64,000 bases of DNA from an uncultured Bacteroidota bacterium. GTDB lineage: Bacteria > Bacteroidota > Bacteroidia > Bacteroidales > CG2-30-32-10. The notes beneath the pieces are model-generated. The model was not told the DNA's origin. It did not search any database and saw only the letters and a list, made by a program, of their open reading frames with translations. The stretch is taken from the NCBI GenBank assembly GCA_963831005.1, contig CAWHOW010000045.1, positions 9,878 through 73,877 on the forward strand, read 5' to 3'. Position numbers and translations under genes: made by a program. Shown piece after piece: positions 18,766 to 26,731 of this stretch; the stretch's first letter is position 1; every line of letters starts with the position of its first letter.

Positions 18766-18876
18766 GCTATATTGTGCAAGGCAGAAGGTACTTTTGTACT
18801 ATTATTTAATACAGAAAAAACACCCACAAAAGTGTCCTTGTGCAATGAGATTTGTTGATATAATTTTACATTAAAC

Positions 18877-19110
18877 TTGGAAAACAAGAATCAAAAAAAT
18901 AAAACCAGGAAAGATATTACGCTTATTAATCATGTAGCTTGTAATATAAGAAAAAAAAGAAATGAGAAAGGACTTTCGCAGTTGGACTTAGAAAACACAA
19001 CAGGTATAAAAATTTCGCGCTGTGAATCAGGGAAAAAAGACATGACGCTTACAACCATCAGTATTTTAAGCAAGTATTTAGATGTGGAACCGTATGAATT
19101 GCTAAAGTAA
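18877..19110 (+). CDS. XRE-family helix-turn-helix transcriptional regulator
   Basis: IRKKRNEKGLSQLDLENTTGIKISRCESGKKDMTLTTISILSKYLDVEPYELL is a typical Cro/C1 HTH. TTG start, with no in-frame ATG nearby. Confidence 0.7.
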   Translation: MENKNQKNKTRKDITLINHVACNIRKKRNEKGLSQLDLENTTGIKISRCESGKKDMTLTTISILSKYLDVEPYELLK

Positions 19111-19211
19111 GTAAATTGAAACAAATAACAAAAGGATTTTTTCCTGAAAAACGAGTAAATCAACAAGATGCAACAAAAGAATCCCATACCAAAGCAAGAG
19201 TATTCCGTCGC

Positions 19212-19841
19212 CTCGTCTGACATCACGCTCAGCTTGTTTAGTAAATTGGCCGCCTCGTCTAGCGTAACGACCACTTCATTAAGTACGATGCCCACGTCAT
19301 ATAGCGAGACGACCAACACGTTTTGCAAGACGCCCACATCGTTTAGTACGGTGTCCATATCATTGAGCAAAATGCCCATCTTGTTAAGCACGACGCCGAA
19401 AACATTTTACATGATGCCCGCATCATTGAGTATAATGACCACTTCGTGGAGTACGATGCCCGACTTGTTCGGCTCAATGTCCGACTATTTGAGCATGATA
19501 CCTACGTTATTGGTTATAAAGCCCGCATCATTTAGTGTAACTATCAAGTCGTTAAGTACGATGCCCGCTGTGTTCAGTATGGCGACCACCTCGTTGAGTA
19601 TGACGCCGTTCGCGTTGGGCACGACACCCATCACGTTTAGCATGATGCCCATCACGTTTAGCACAATGCCGAACACGTTTAGCACGACGCCCATCACGCT
19701 GAGCACGACGCCCATCACGTTGAGTATGACGCTCATCACGTTGAGTATGACGCTCATCACGTTGAGCACGACGCTCATCATGTTTAGCACGACGCCCATC
19801 ACGTTGAGCATGATGCCGAACACGTTGGGCGCGATACTAAA
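19212..19841 (+). repeat. 21-bp-phased degenerate tandem array 2 (30 units, consensus cacgttgagcacgacgcccat), embedded in open ORF 19168..19926
   Basis: Units at 19212 + 21n with no indels. The right-hand units are near-identical (19716 and 19737 are identical) and the left-hand units are strongly diverged. One + frame is open for 252 codons from ATG 19168, with heptads such as TPITLST. Confidence 0.9.
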
Positions 19842-19911
19842 CGACCCCGCCGTCGGGAAAATAGTGCCGGGCAAGCGGAACATTAACCTGAATTATTATT
19901 CACGAGTTATA

Positions 19912-20056
19912 AAATCTAAATTCTAATTTCTAAACTCTAAATGAATTCCAATGAACCAAATGCTAAATTTAAAACAACTTCAATTAATACTGTTTGAAAC
20001 ATTGAAATTTTGAATTTTAATATTGTTTAGGATTTAGAGCTTCGTTCTTAGGATTT
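19912..20056. repeat. long AT-rich imperfect palindromic element (ctaaat...atttag family), copy 1
   Basis: Left arm aaatctaaattctaatttctaaactctaaat, right arm tttaggatttagagcttcgttcttaggattt. Related to the element at 31012..31130. Confidence 0.7.
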
Positions 20057-20097
20057 AATGAATAGATTAATTTAAATAATAACTAAAAATAAACAAA

Positions 20098-20865
20098 ATG
20101 GCAAAAAAAGTTTTAAGTAGAAAGCTGATATTAACAGCAGATTTCACGGGCTTGACCCTTGAAGAAAAATTAACCAAGCAAGCCAACATGGCAAAAGCAC
20201 AGACAAATAACCCCCTGTTGGTGCCGGGTTTAAATCCTACTGCAGCAGCAGTGGAGGCGGATATTACAGCCCTTACCGACCCCATTTCTGGGCTGATACA
20301 CGAACGCGGCGTGATAAGGGCACAGGAAGAATCGCTTACTTTGGCAATAAATAAAGCCGAAACGGCTATTAAGGATATTATTGTGAGCCAGTGGATGCCC
20401 CAGACACAGACAGCGCTTACCGGCACAACTAATGCCGAAGTTAATGCAGCATTACTGCTGTTTGGTATTAAAGGGCAAACTTCGGGGCATACCCCGGTTA
20501 CAGTGGCAAGTTTATCCAAAACGGCTTCGAGCGCCCCTGTTATAGTAAAAATTGATATTGACGTGCATGGGCAGCATATACTGCATGTGCATAATAATAT
20601 CACGGGCAAAATAGGGCACCCGAAAGATGTGCTGAGGGTAGATATTTATGCACAAACGGGTGGCACTGCCCCTGCCAACCTTGCTGCTTTGGTTACCAAT
20701 GGGGGAGGATGGCTTGGCACAACCAAGCGCGGTAAATACATTAACCAGTTTACGGTAACCGCCGCCAACCAGGGAAAGGTGGAATACTATATAGCGGTAT
20801 ATATAGAAAAAGCTACAAAGAAACCGGGTGCGCAAAGCGTGCCCGAAAGCGCTATGATTGAATAA
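20098..20865 (+). CDS. hypothetical protein (helical N-terminal half, beta-sandwich-like C-terminal half)
   Basis: 255-aa ORF with ATG start. No family recognised. The architecture loosely resembles 4070..4741. Confidence 0.6.
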   Translation: MAKKVLSRKLILTADFTGLTLEEKLTKQANMAKAQTNNPLLVPGLNPTAAAVEADITALTDPISGLIHERGVIRAQEESLTLAINKAETAIKDIIVSQWMPQTQTALTGTTNAEVNAALLLFGIKGQTSGHTPVTVASLSKTASSAPVIVKIDIDVHGQHILHVHNNITGKIGHPKDVLRVDIYAQTGGTAPANLAALVTNGGGWLGTTKRGKYINQFTVTAANQGKVEYYIAVYIEKATKKPGAQSVPESAMIE

Positions 20866-20885
20866 AAAACAGTAGGCCGGAAGCA

Positions 20886-21158
20886 ATGAAAAAAGAAGCA
20901 ATAATACAGCCCGCTTATAGCAAAAACGAAATTATTATTCTTTTGCAGAAAGCTCTCAATGATTATAATATGATCGACTGTAAAGTGAAAGAAATTTTAA
21001 ATGTTGAAAGCATTGAAAGCCGCGGAAAAGTTTTTGAGGAACGTAATGAATTTTTAACAATATGCTCAAGAAAAAGAAATATTAAAATAGAGGAATTAAT
21101 AGAAACAGTTGGCAAAGAAATCAACCTTGCCGACCTGTATGCCGGACAGGCAAGGTAG
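20886..21158 (+). CDS. hypothetical protein
   Basis: 90-aa ORF. Its last about 10 codons are encoded by a REP-like palindrome (21125..21155). Confidence 0.45.
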   Translation: MKKEAIIQPAYSKNEIIILLQKALNDYNMIDCKVKEILNVESIESRGKVFEERNEFLTICSRKRNIKIEELIETVGKEINLADLYAGQAR

Positions 21159-21170
21159 GCAGTAATTTTG

Positions 21171-21258
21171 ACTCATCCCTAAATCCCTTCTCTATAAATA
21201 AAGAAGGGACTTATAGCCTCCCCTCTTTGCTTGCAGAGAGGGGAGGGGGTGAGTCAGA
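21171..21258. repeat. imperfect long hairpin (tgactca...tgagtca) with inner cccctct/agagggg stem
   Basis: The outer arm tgactcatccctaaatcccttctc pairs imperfectly with gagaggggagggggtgagtca. Intergenic. Confidence 0.6.
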
Positions 21259-21291
21259 AAACGTAAAAAACCATTAAACAATTTTAAAATC

Positions 21292-21684
21292 ATGGCAACA
21301 TCCTTTACCACATTCAAACTAACTCTTACAGCAGCGCAGCTAAAAACCGCCAACAGCATGGCTATTGACATACCCCAAATGCCTGCCCCCTGCAAAGGAT
21401 ATGCATGGAGCATAGCAATGGCTGAACTGAGGTTTTTTGCCGGTAACGCAACATTTACCAGCACTACCCTTTTCATTATTACCGATACGGCTGCTGTGGA
21501 ACAAATGGTATCGGGTGTTATTCTGAACTCGGCTGCCGGTTCTTTCAGCAAATTTATTTCTACAGGCAGTTCCGATTTGGCTATAGTGGAAAATAAAAAA
21601 GTAACCATAGTAACCAATTCCGATTCAGCCACAGGCGATGGCTACTGCACTATTTACGGTATAGCGCGGAAAATCAAATTATAA
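21292..21684 (+). CDS. hypothetical protein, possibly phage-structural-like
   Basis: 130-aa ORF. The layout (LTAAQLKT..., a central variable part, a C-terminal TGDG...IYG) reminds me of small all-beta phage proteins. This is memory only, and no family name can be given. Confidence 0.5.
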   Translation: MATSFTTFKLTLTAAQLKTANSMAIDIPQMPAPCKGYAWSIAMAELRFFAGNATFTSTTLFIITDTAAVEQMVSGVILNSAAGSFSKFISTGSSDLAIVENKKVTIVTNSDSATGDGYCTIYGIARKIKL

Positions 21685-21705
21685 TTTAAACTAAAATAAA
21701 GTAAT

Positions 21706-23019
21706 ATGAAAACAAAAATTCAATTACTGCTTGCAACTCTAACTATAAACCGTAAACTTGTCCGCTTACTTTTAATTCTTTGGCTGGCAATCGGGCTTGA
21801 AACAGGAAACTGTTTCGCCCAATTCACTTTTGTTCATATCTCTGACCTGCATGTTTCATGGGATGTTTCGTATGTAAATGGTTGCGATTTAAACGGAGTA
21901 ATGGCTCAATGTTATTTAAAAGTGTTGGCTAACCTTAATCCCAAGCCTGCATTTGTGATAGCGACCGGAGATATTTCAAATGAAGGCAACAACTCCCCTT
22001 ATGGAATGTATCCTACCCTTTCCCAGTTTTTATACCCTGGCTTAGTTCTGAACCCGGGCATAGGTGCATATTTTATTGATTCGGCACATACAATTCCTAT
22101 TTATTTTACCCCGGGAAATCATGATTATCGTACAACAAACTTACCCCCACTTTCAACTCCTGATCTTACTTTTTATTCCGAATACATAGCCCCAGATACC
22201 GATTATGCAGTAACAACCCATGACGCAGTCATATTGTTTATGCGTTCGGGTTACGATACTCTCCTTCCCTGGCTTAATAATTTAAACCCATTGAGTCCGG
22301 AAGGTTCAGGGTTGTCGAATGCTCAAATCAGTTGGATAAGAAGTGAGTTAAGCGCTAACAGTACAAGAAGAAAAATTATAGTAATGCATCATCCTCCCGT
22401 TAATGCCGTAGGTACAAACTCTGACGGAACTCCCTTTACCGGAACTATTCAGGACACGGCTGACGCCTCTATAACAAGAAACAGAACTGTTTTTCTGAAT
22501 ATCTGCGATTCAAACCATGTGGACGTTATATTGGCAGGGCATGAGCATCAAAATGTAGTTGCCAACAGAGCGGGAAACGTTATTGATGAAAACTGGTCGG
22601 GGGGCACAAGGTATGTCCAAACAGGCGCAGCCGAAAATGGTTCCTACCGTGTTATAACTGTTGATTCGTCATTTGTTACAGTTAGCCCACCTTCGCTATG
22701 TTGTACCACGATAACAGATTTTAAAGAGTTAAGCAATTCATCATTCACCAACGTTTATCCCAATCCAGCGACAAATACGTTAACAATAGAAAACCTCAAA
22801 GCGGCAGTCGGCAGTATGCAGTCGGCAGTCAACAATATAGAAATATACAATTCGCTTGGAGAAAAGATATATTCGTCATTAGGAGTTTTACCAATGACTA
22901 ATGCCCCAATGACTAATACACCAATAACCATTAACATAACAGATATTCCAAGTGGAGTATATATTGTGAAAGTGAGAACCGAAAAAGGAGTGGCGATAAA
23001 GAAGTTTATAAAAGAATAG
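21706..23019 (+). CDS. metallophosphoesterase with T9SS type-A C-terminal sorting domain
   Basis: Calcineurin-like motifs (HISDLH, GDISNEG, GNHDY, VMHHPP, GHEHQN). The C-terminus (VYPNPATNTLTIE...SGVYIVKVRTEKG) is a typical Por secretion tail. Confidence 0.8.
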   Translation: MKTKIQLLLATLTINRKLVRLLLILWLAIGLETGNCFAQFTFVHISDLHVSWDVSYVNGCDLNGVMAQCYLKVLANLNPKPAFVIATGDISNEGNNSPYGMYPTLSQFLYPGLVLNPGIGAYFIDSAHTIPIYFTPGNHDYRTTNLPPLSTPDLTFYSEYIAPDTDYAVTTHDAVILFMRSGYDTLLPWLNNLNPLSPEGSGLSNAQISWIRSELSANSTRRKIIVMHHPPVNAVGTNSDGTPFTGTIQDTADASITRNRTVFLNICDSNHVDVILAGHEHQNVVANRAGNVIDENWSGGTRYVQTGAAENGSYRVITVDSSFVTVSPPSLCCTTITDFKELSNSSFTNVYPNPATNTLTIENLKAAVGSMQSAVNNIEIYNSLGEKIYSSLGVLPMTNAPMTNTPITINITDIPSGVYIVKVRTEKGVAIKKFIKE

Positions 23020-23058
23020 AGAAAGTCGTAAAAAGTAATCAAATTGAAAGGATTCAAA

Positions 23059-23310
23059 ATGAGCAAAGAAAAAAAAGTAAAAGAAGAAAATACAAAATTT
23101 GCCGAAATAGGCAAGGTAGAAATATCTGACAAAAAAAGCATAGTGGTTTCGTCGGTTGAAAGGGATGGCGTATTTGCAGGAATAAACATAAATGGCTTTA
23201 TCTCTACCCCGCGATATACGGGGTATTCCAAGGGCGTGTTTGTTCCTGCCGATAAAGTTGCAGCCTTTGCTTCATTAATAAACCTAAAAACGGAAAAGCG
23301 AGTTCTTTAA
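23059..23310 (+). CDS. hypothetical small protein (possibly PC4/YdbC-like)
   Basis: 83 aa from ATG 23059. Lys-rich N-terminus, then the pattern KVEISDKKSIVVS...GININGF...YSKGVFVP. The assignment is weak. Confidence 0.4.
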   Translation: MSKEKKVKEENTKFAEIGKVEISDKKSIVVSSVERDGVFAGININGFISTPRYTGYSKGVFVPADKVAAFASLINLKTEKRVL

Positions 23311-23319
23311 ATAAAATTA

Positions 23320-23499
23320 ATGCCTGAATTCAGTAAAGTTCACAGATTTAAAAAAACGGCAGAAGGCCATTTAAATAAAATAAAAAAACTTGGCGGTAAA
23401 GGCCACATAGTGATTGAAAAATCGAAAGGGAAAACAGCATATATTGTTGTTTATTCATATCGAGAAAAGACAATAAAAGAAAAGCAGTCAAAAAAATAA
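23320..23499 (+). CDS. hypothetical small basic protein (59 aa)
   Basis: ATG-initiated ORF just below the ORF-track cutoff, co-directional with its neighbours and tightly spaced. No homology recognised. Confidence 0.3.
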   Translation: MPEFSKVHRFKKTAEGHLNKIKKLGGKGHIVIEKSKGKTAYIVVYSYREKTIKEKQSKK

Positions 23500-23527
23500 C
23501 AGTAGCAGATGGCAGTGGAAGAAAAGA

Positions 23528-24886
23528 GTGAAAATGAAAATATCGCTTTACATATCAATCCTCTTATTTACAATGTTTCTAATAAGCAGTAATTTAGTTT
23601 TTGCACAATATCTGCTTGTTCTTAATAACAGTATTTATGCTGTTTTAAATGGAGGAACGAGTGCCAAACCTGTTAATTTAGTTATTAATGCAACCGGCAC
23701 AACGGGCATATCCGGCACGGGTAATATAATATCGGAAAGCGAGTTTAATTATGTGGAGTGGGTTATTAGCAATGGAACCGGCATATATAAGATTCCTTTT
23801 TACGACAAAACCAATTCCATTCAAATACCATTTTCGATGCAGGTTAGTACTGCCGGTACAGCAGGAGTATCGCACCATGTTCTGTTTTCAACATACCATA
23901 CGCCTGCTGCTCTTACACCTTATGCAACATATAATGGAACAACCGCCATACCTAATATAGACGAGGCATATACTTCGACGGTTACCAATGATGATGTAAA
24001 CATGGTTAACCGCTGGTGGATTGTTGATGCCGAAAGCTACGACGGCAGCTATACAACCCCGTCATCCAGCCGTCCTTCTAATGTAAGTTTTAATTTTGAG
24101 TTTTCTACTGCCGAACTAAACGGTCTTGCAATAGGAAGCCTGAAAGTCCAGCCGTTCGTCTATAATACAACATGGCAATGGAACCCTGCAACTGCATTTG
24201 CTGAGCTTTCTTATGCATCTGGCCCTCCCAGCCAGGTTACTGTTGCCAGTATCCCTGTCGCTGATTTTTTTCGCGACTGGGTTGTTGTTAATAAATCCAC
24301 GCCCCTTCCCATTGAATTGCTTTCGTTCAATGCAGTATGCCTGCCTGTCGGGCAGGCAAGTGAAGGTGATAATGTAAGTATTACCTGGGCTACCGCCAGC
24401 GAAACCAATAACGACTATTTTACTATTGAACGTTCTACAGATGCAACCGACTTCACTCCTGTAAGAACGGTAAACGGGGCGGGAAACAGCAATACTACTT
24501 TATATTATCAATTCACTGATAAAAACATTGAACAGGAAACTACTCTTTATTACAGGCTCAAACAAACTGATTATAACGGACAGTCGGAAACATTTGACCC
24601 TGTTGCAATAAGTTGCAACGATGCTCCTTTTGAATATATTAACATATATCCTAATCCCGCTTCCGATCATATTAATTGCGATATTTCATCAAATGAAAAT
24701 ACAGTTGCGGCTATAAGTGTCACAAATGTATTAGGGCAGCGAGTTTTTTCCGAAAAAGCCAATATCACAAAAGGCGAGAACCATTTGGTAATAAATGTTT
24801 CACCCTTGGCATCCGCACCTTATTATTTTAAGATAGAAACAATAAACGGGCTTTATAAAGACAGTAAACAGATTTTGGTTAAATAA
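23528..24886 (+). CDS. secreted protein with T9SS type-A C-terminal domain
   Basis: Signal peptide, an ELLSFNA...W.T.SE.NN.YF.IERS module, and the C-terminus IYPNPASDHI...YYFKIETINGLYKDSKQILVK. Confidence 0.8.
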   Translation: MKMKISLYISILLFTMFLISSNLVFAQYLLVLNNSIYAVLNGGTSAKPVNLVINATGTTGISGTGNIISESEFNYVEWVISNGTGIYKIPFYDKTNSIQIPFSMQVSTAGTAGVSHHVLFSTYHTPAALTPYATYNGTTAIPNIDEAYTSTVTNDDVNMVNRWWIVDAESYDGSYTTPSSSRPSNVSFNFEFSTAELNGLAIGSLKVQPFVYNTTWQWNPATAFAELSYASGPPSQVTVASIPVADFFRDWVVVNKSTPLPIELLSFNAVCLPVGQASEGDNVSITWATASETNNDYFTIERSTDATDFTPVRTVNGAGNSNTTLYYQFTDKNIEQETTLYYRLKQTDYNGQSETFDPVAISCNDAPFEYINIYPNPASDHINCDISSNENTVAAISVTNVLGQRVFSEKANITKGENHLVINVSPLASAPYYFKIETINGLYKDSKQILVK

Positions 24887-24979
24887 TATGAAGGAACCAT
24901 TTAAGAAACGAATTAAGAATTGAGATTTAAGATTTTCAAATAATAACGAATGACTAATGAAAATTGTAACAATTAAACA

Positions 24980-26713
24980 ATGAGGAAATTTATTTTTATA
25001 ATGCCATTTGCTTTATTGTTTGTGCCTCCATGTTTAAAAGCCCAAATGCAAATGTGGAATGACGGAGTTTCTACTTATGTAACTCCTAATGCCTCTGTTT
25101 ACATTGAAGGAAGCCTCAAAAATAGCAGCGCAGGGGGAACGGTAAATAATAATGGCAACATTATTTTAACCGGCAATTATGTCAACGATAGTATTTTTAA
25201 ATCGGGCGATAGTAGTTATGTAAGACTTATCGGGGCATCACAGAATATCGGTGGCAGTGTTTCTACCACATTTAATAACCTTGTTATTGATGGCACTGCA
25301 GATAAAACCATAAGCATTTCAACCAATGTTAGTGATTCTTTGATATTTAATGCCAATCATGTTAAAATTGGTAACAGTAATTTGGTTCTTCTTCAAAATG
25401 CTGTTCATTCAGGTACCACAAACAGCAGATTTGTAGTTACCAATGGAGGGGGCTCGCTTGTTAAAAAAAGTGTTCCGTTGGCAGTTCCTGGTTTCCTTTT
25501 TCCTGTTGGCGATTCAACAATAAGTTCAGGTTATAGTTATAAGCCTGCTATTCTCAATGACAGCAGTATAAGTACGGTTGATACATTTGCTGTAAAAGTG
25601 GCACAGGGGTTATTACCTACAACAGGAGCAGATCCAACATGTGTGCAATATACATGGTATGTTCAGGAGAGTAACCCTGGAAATAGTAATGTGTCATTAT
25701 CACTTGGTTGGAATCCAGCAGATGAAGGCGCATCATTTCATCGCGACACTGCTTATATGTGGCAATATAAAAACAGTATATGGAACTTAATGTCTGGTAT
25801 TCCCGGAGCCCCTAGTAACACGCCTGCAACTGCATATTGTCATAAAACAGCAGGAATAACAGATTTCTCGACCAATGATGACAGATTTATCGTAAGGAGT
25901 TATTCCAAAGCAATAATACATATACAAGACACTTCCCAATCAGTCTGTAAGAATAATAATAATTCTGTTACTTTCAGTGTTGAAGCAACGGGTTCGGATA
26001 TACAGTATCAGTGGCAGCAAAACTGCGGCAGCGGATGGACAAACCTTTTCGATAATACAACTTATTCAGGAACGCAGACCAGTTCTCTTACCATTATTGA
26101 TCCAGGCTTGGGAATGAACGGCTACCAGTACCAATGCATCATGGAAAACCTTTTGGATACTATAATATCTCAACCGGCAGTATTGACAGTACATTCCTTG
26201 CCTCAAACTTTTACATTAGATACAACAGTTGATGTGGGAAATCCTGTACAATTAAATGCATCAGGAGGCACCTCTTATCAATGGAGTCCTTCCACCTATC
26301 TTAATAGTACGGATATTCCCAATCCTGTTTCAACTCCGTTAAATAATATTTCATATATTATTACTGTTACTGATGGAAACGGATGTGCTATCGCAGATAC
26401 AATAAATATTATTGTTGATGAATCGACAAATATTTTTGTTCCTAAAGCTTTTGCTCCGGATGGCCCCACTATTAATCAAATATTATACGTCAGAGGAAAA
26501 GGAATAAAAGAGCTTGATTTTGTGATTTATGATCGCTGGGGTGAAAAAGTATTTGAAGCAGATAATGTTAAAGCCAATGATCCTGCAGCAGGGTGGAATG
26601 GTACATATAACGGCAAAGAATTATCTACTGCGGTCTTTGTATATTATGTAAAAGCTACCTATTACAGCGGAGAAAATGTTAACTTAAAAGGCGATGTTAC
26701 TTTGGTAAGATAA
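24980..26713 (+). CDS. gliding-motility-associated C-terminal domain (T9SS type-B CTD) protein
   Basis: Signal peptide and Ig-like repeats. The C-terminus FVPKAFAPDG...NQILYVRG.GI...IYDRWGEKVFE...GWNGTYNGKE....VFVYYVKA matches the CHU_C/type-B sorting domain. Confidence 0.85.
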   Translation: MRKFIFIMPFALLFVPPCLKAQMQMWNDGVSTYVTPNASVYIEGSLKNSSAGGTVNNNGNIILTGNYVNDSIFKSGDSSYVRLIGASQNIGGSVSTTFNNLVIDGTADKTISISTNVSDSLIFNANHVKIGNSNLVLLQNAVHSGTTNSRFVVTNGGGSLVKKSVPLAVPGFLFPVGDSTISSGYSYKPAILNDSSISTVDTFAVKVAQGLLPTTGADPTCVQYTWYVQESNPGNSNVSLSLGWNPADEGASFHRDTAYMWQYKNSIWNLMSGIPGAPSNTPATAYCHKTAGITDFSTNDDRFIVRSYSKAIIHIQDTSQSVCKNNNNSVTFSVEATGSDIQYQWQQNCGSGWTNLFDNTTYSGTQTSSLTIIDPGLGMNGYQYQCIMENLLDTIISQPAVLTVHSLPQTFTLDTTVDVGNPVQLNASGGTSYQWSPSTYLNSTDIPNPVSTPLNNISYIITVTDGNGCAIADTINIIVDESTNIFVPKAFAPDGPTINQILYVRGKGIKELDFVIYDRWGEKVFEADNVKANDPAAGWNGTYNGKELSTAVFVYYVKATYYSGENVNLKGDVTLVR

Positions 26714-26731
26714 TAAATAAAAAATGTAATT

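Noticed and set aside
18930-19391. 153-aa minus-strand ORF (heptads VLNDVGV...) as the real product of array 2
   Set aside because: - It shares wobble positions with the + frame, so it looks equally 'codon-like'.
- Across the array it is broken by two in-frame stops (tag near 19485, taa near 19400).
- Its tail runs antisense through the XRE gene.
- The + frame is the only one fully open.
19212-19841. Possibility that the 21-bp arrays (here and at 3522, 38927, 54253) are CRISPR arrays
   Set aside because: - There is no alternation of conserved repeats with unique spacers of 25-40 nt.
- The whole 21-nt unit is a degenerate copy of its neighbours.
- No cas genes are present in the window.
20067-20609. 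180-aa minus-strand ORF antisense to 20098..20865, and likewise 20512..20901 -
   Set aside because: The + ORF has a clean ATG start, is co-directional with its neighbours and has protein-like composition. The antisense products are Cys/Ser-rich with no start context.
21192-21632. 146-aa minus-strand ORF overlapping the 130-aa + ORF 21292..21684
   Set aside because: Its C-terminal part runs through the REP-like palindrome at 21171..21258. The + ORF starts with ATG right after the spacer and matches the orientation of the whole block. I keep the + call, though only at moderate confidence.
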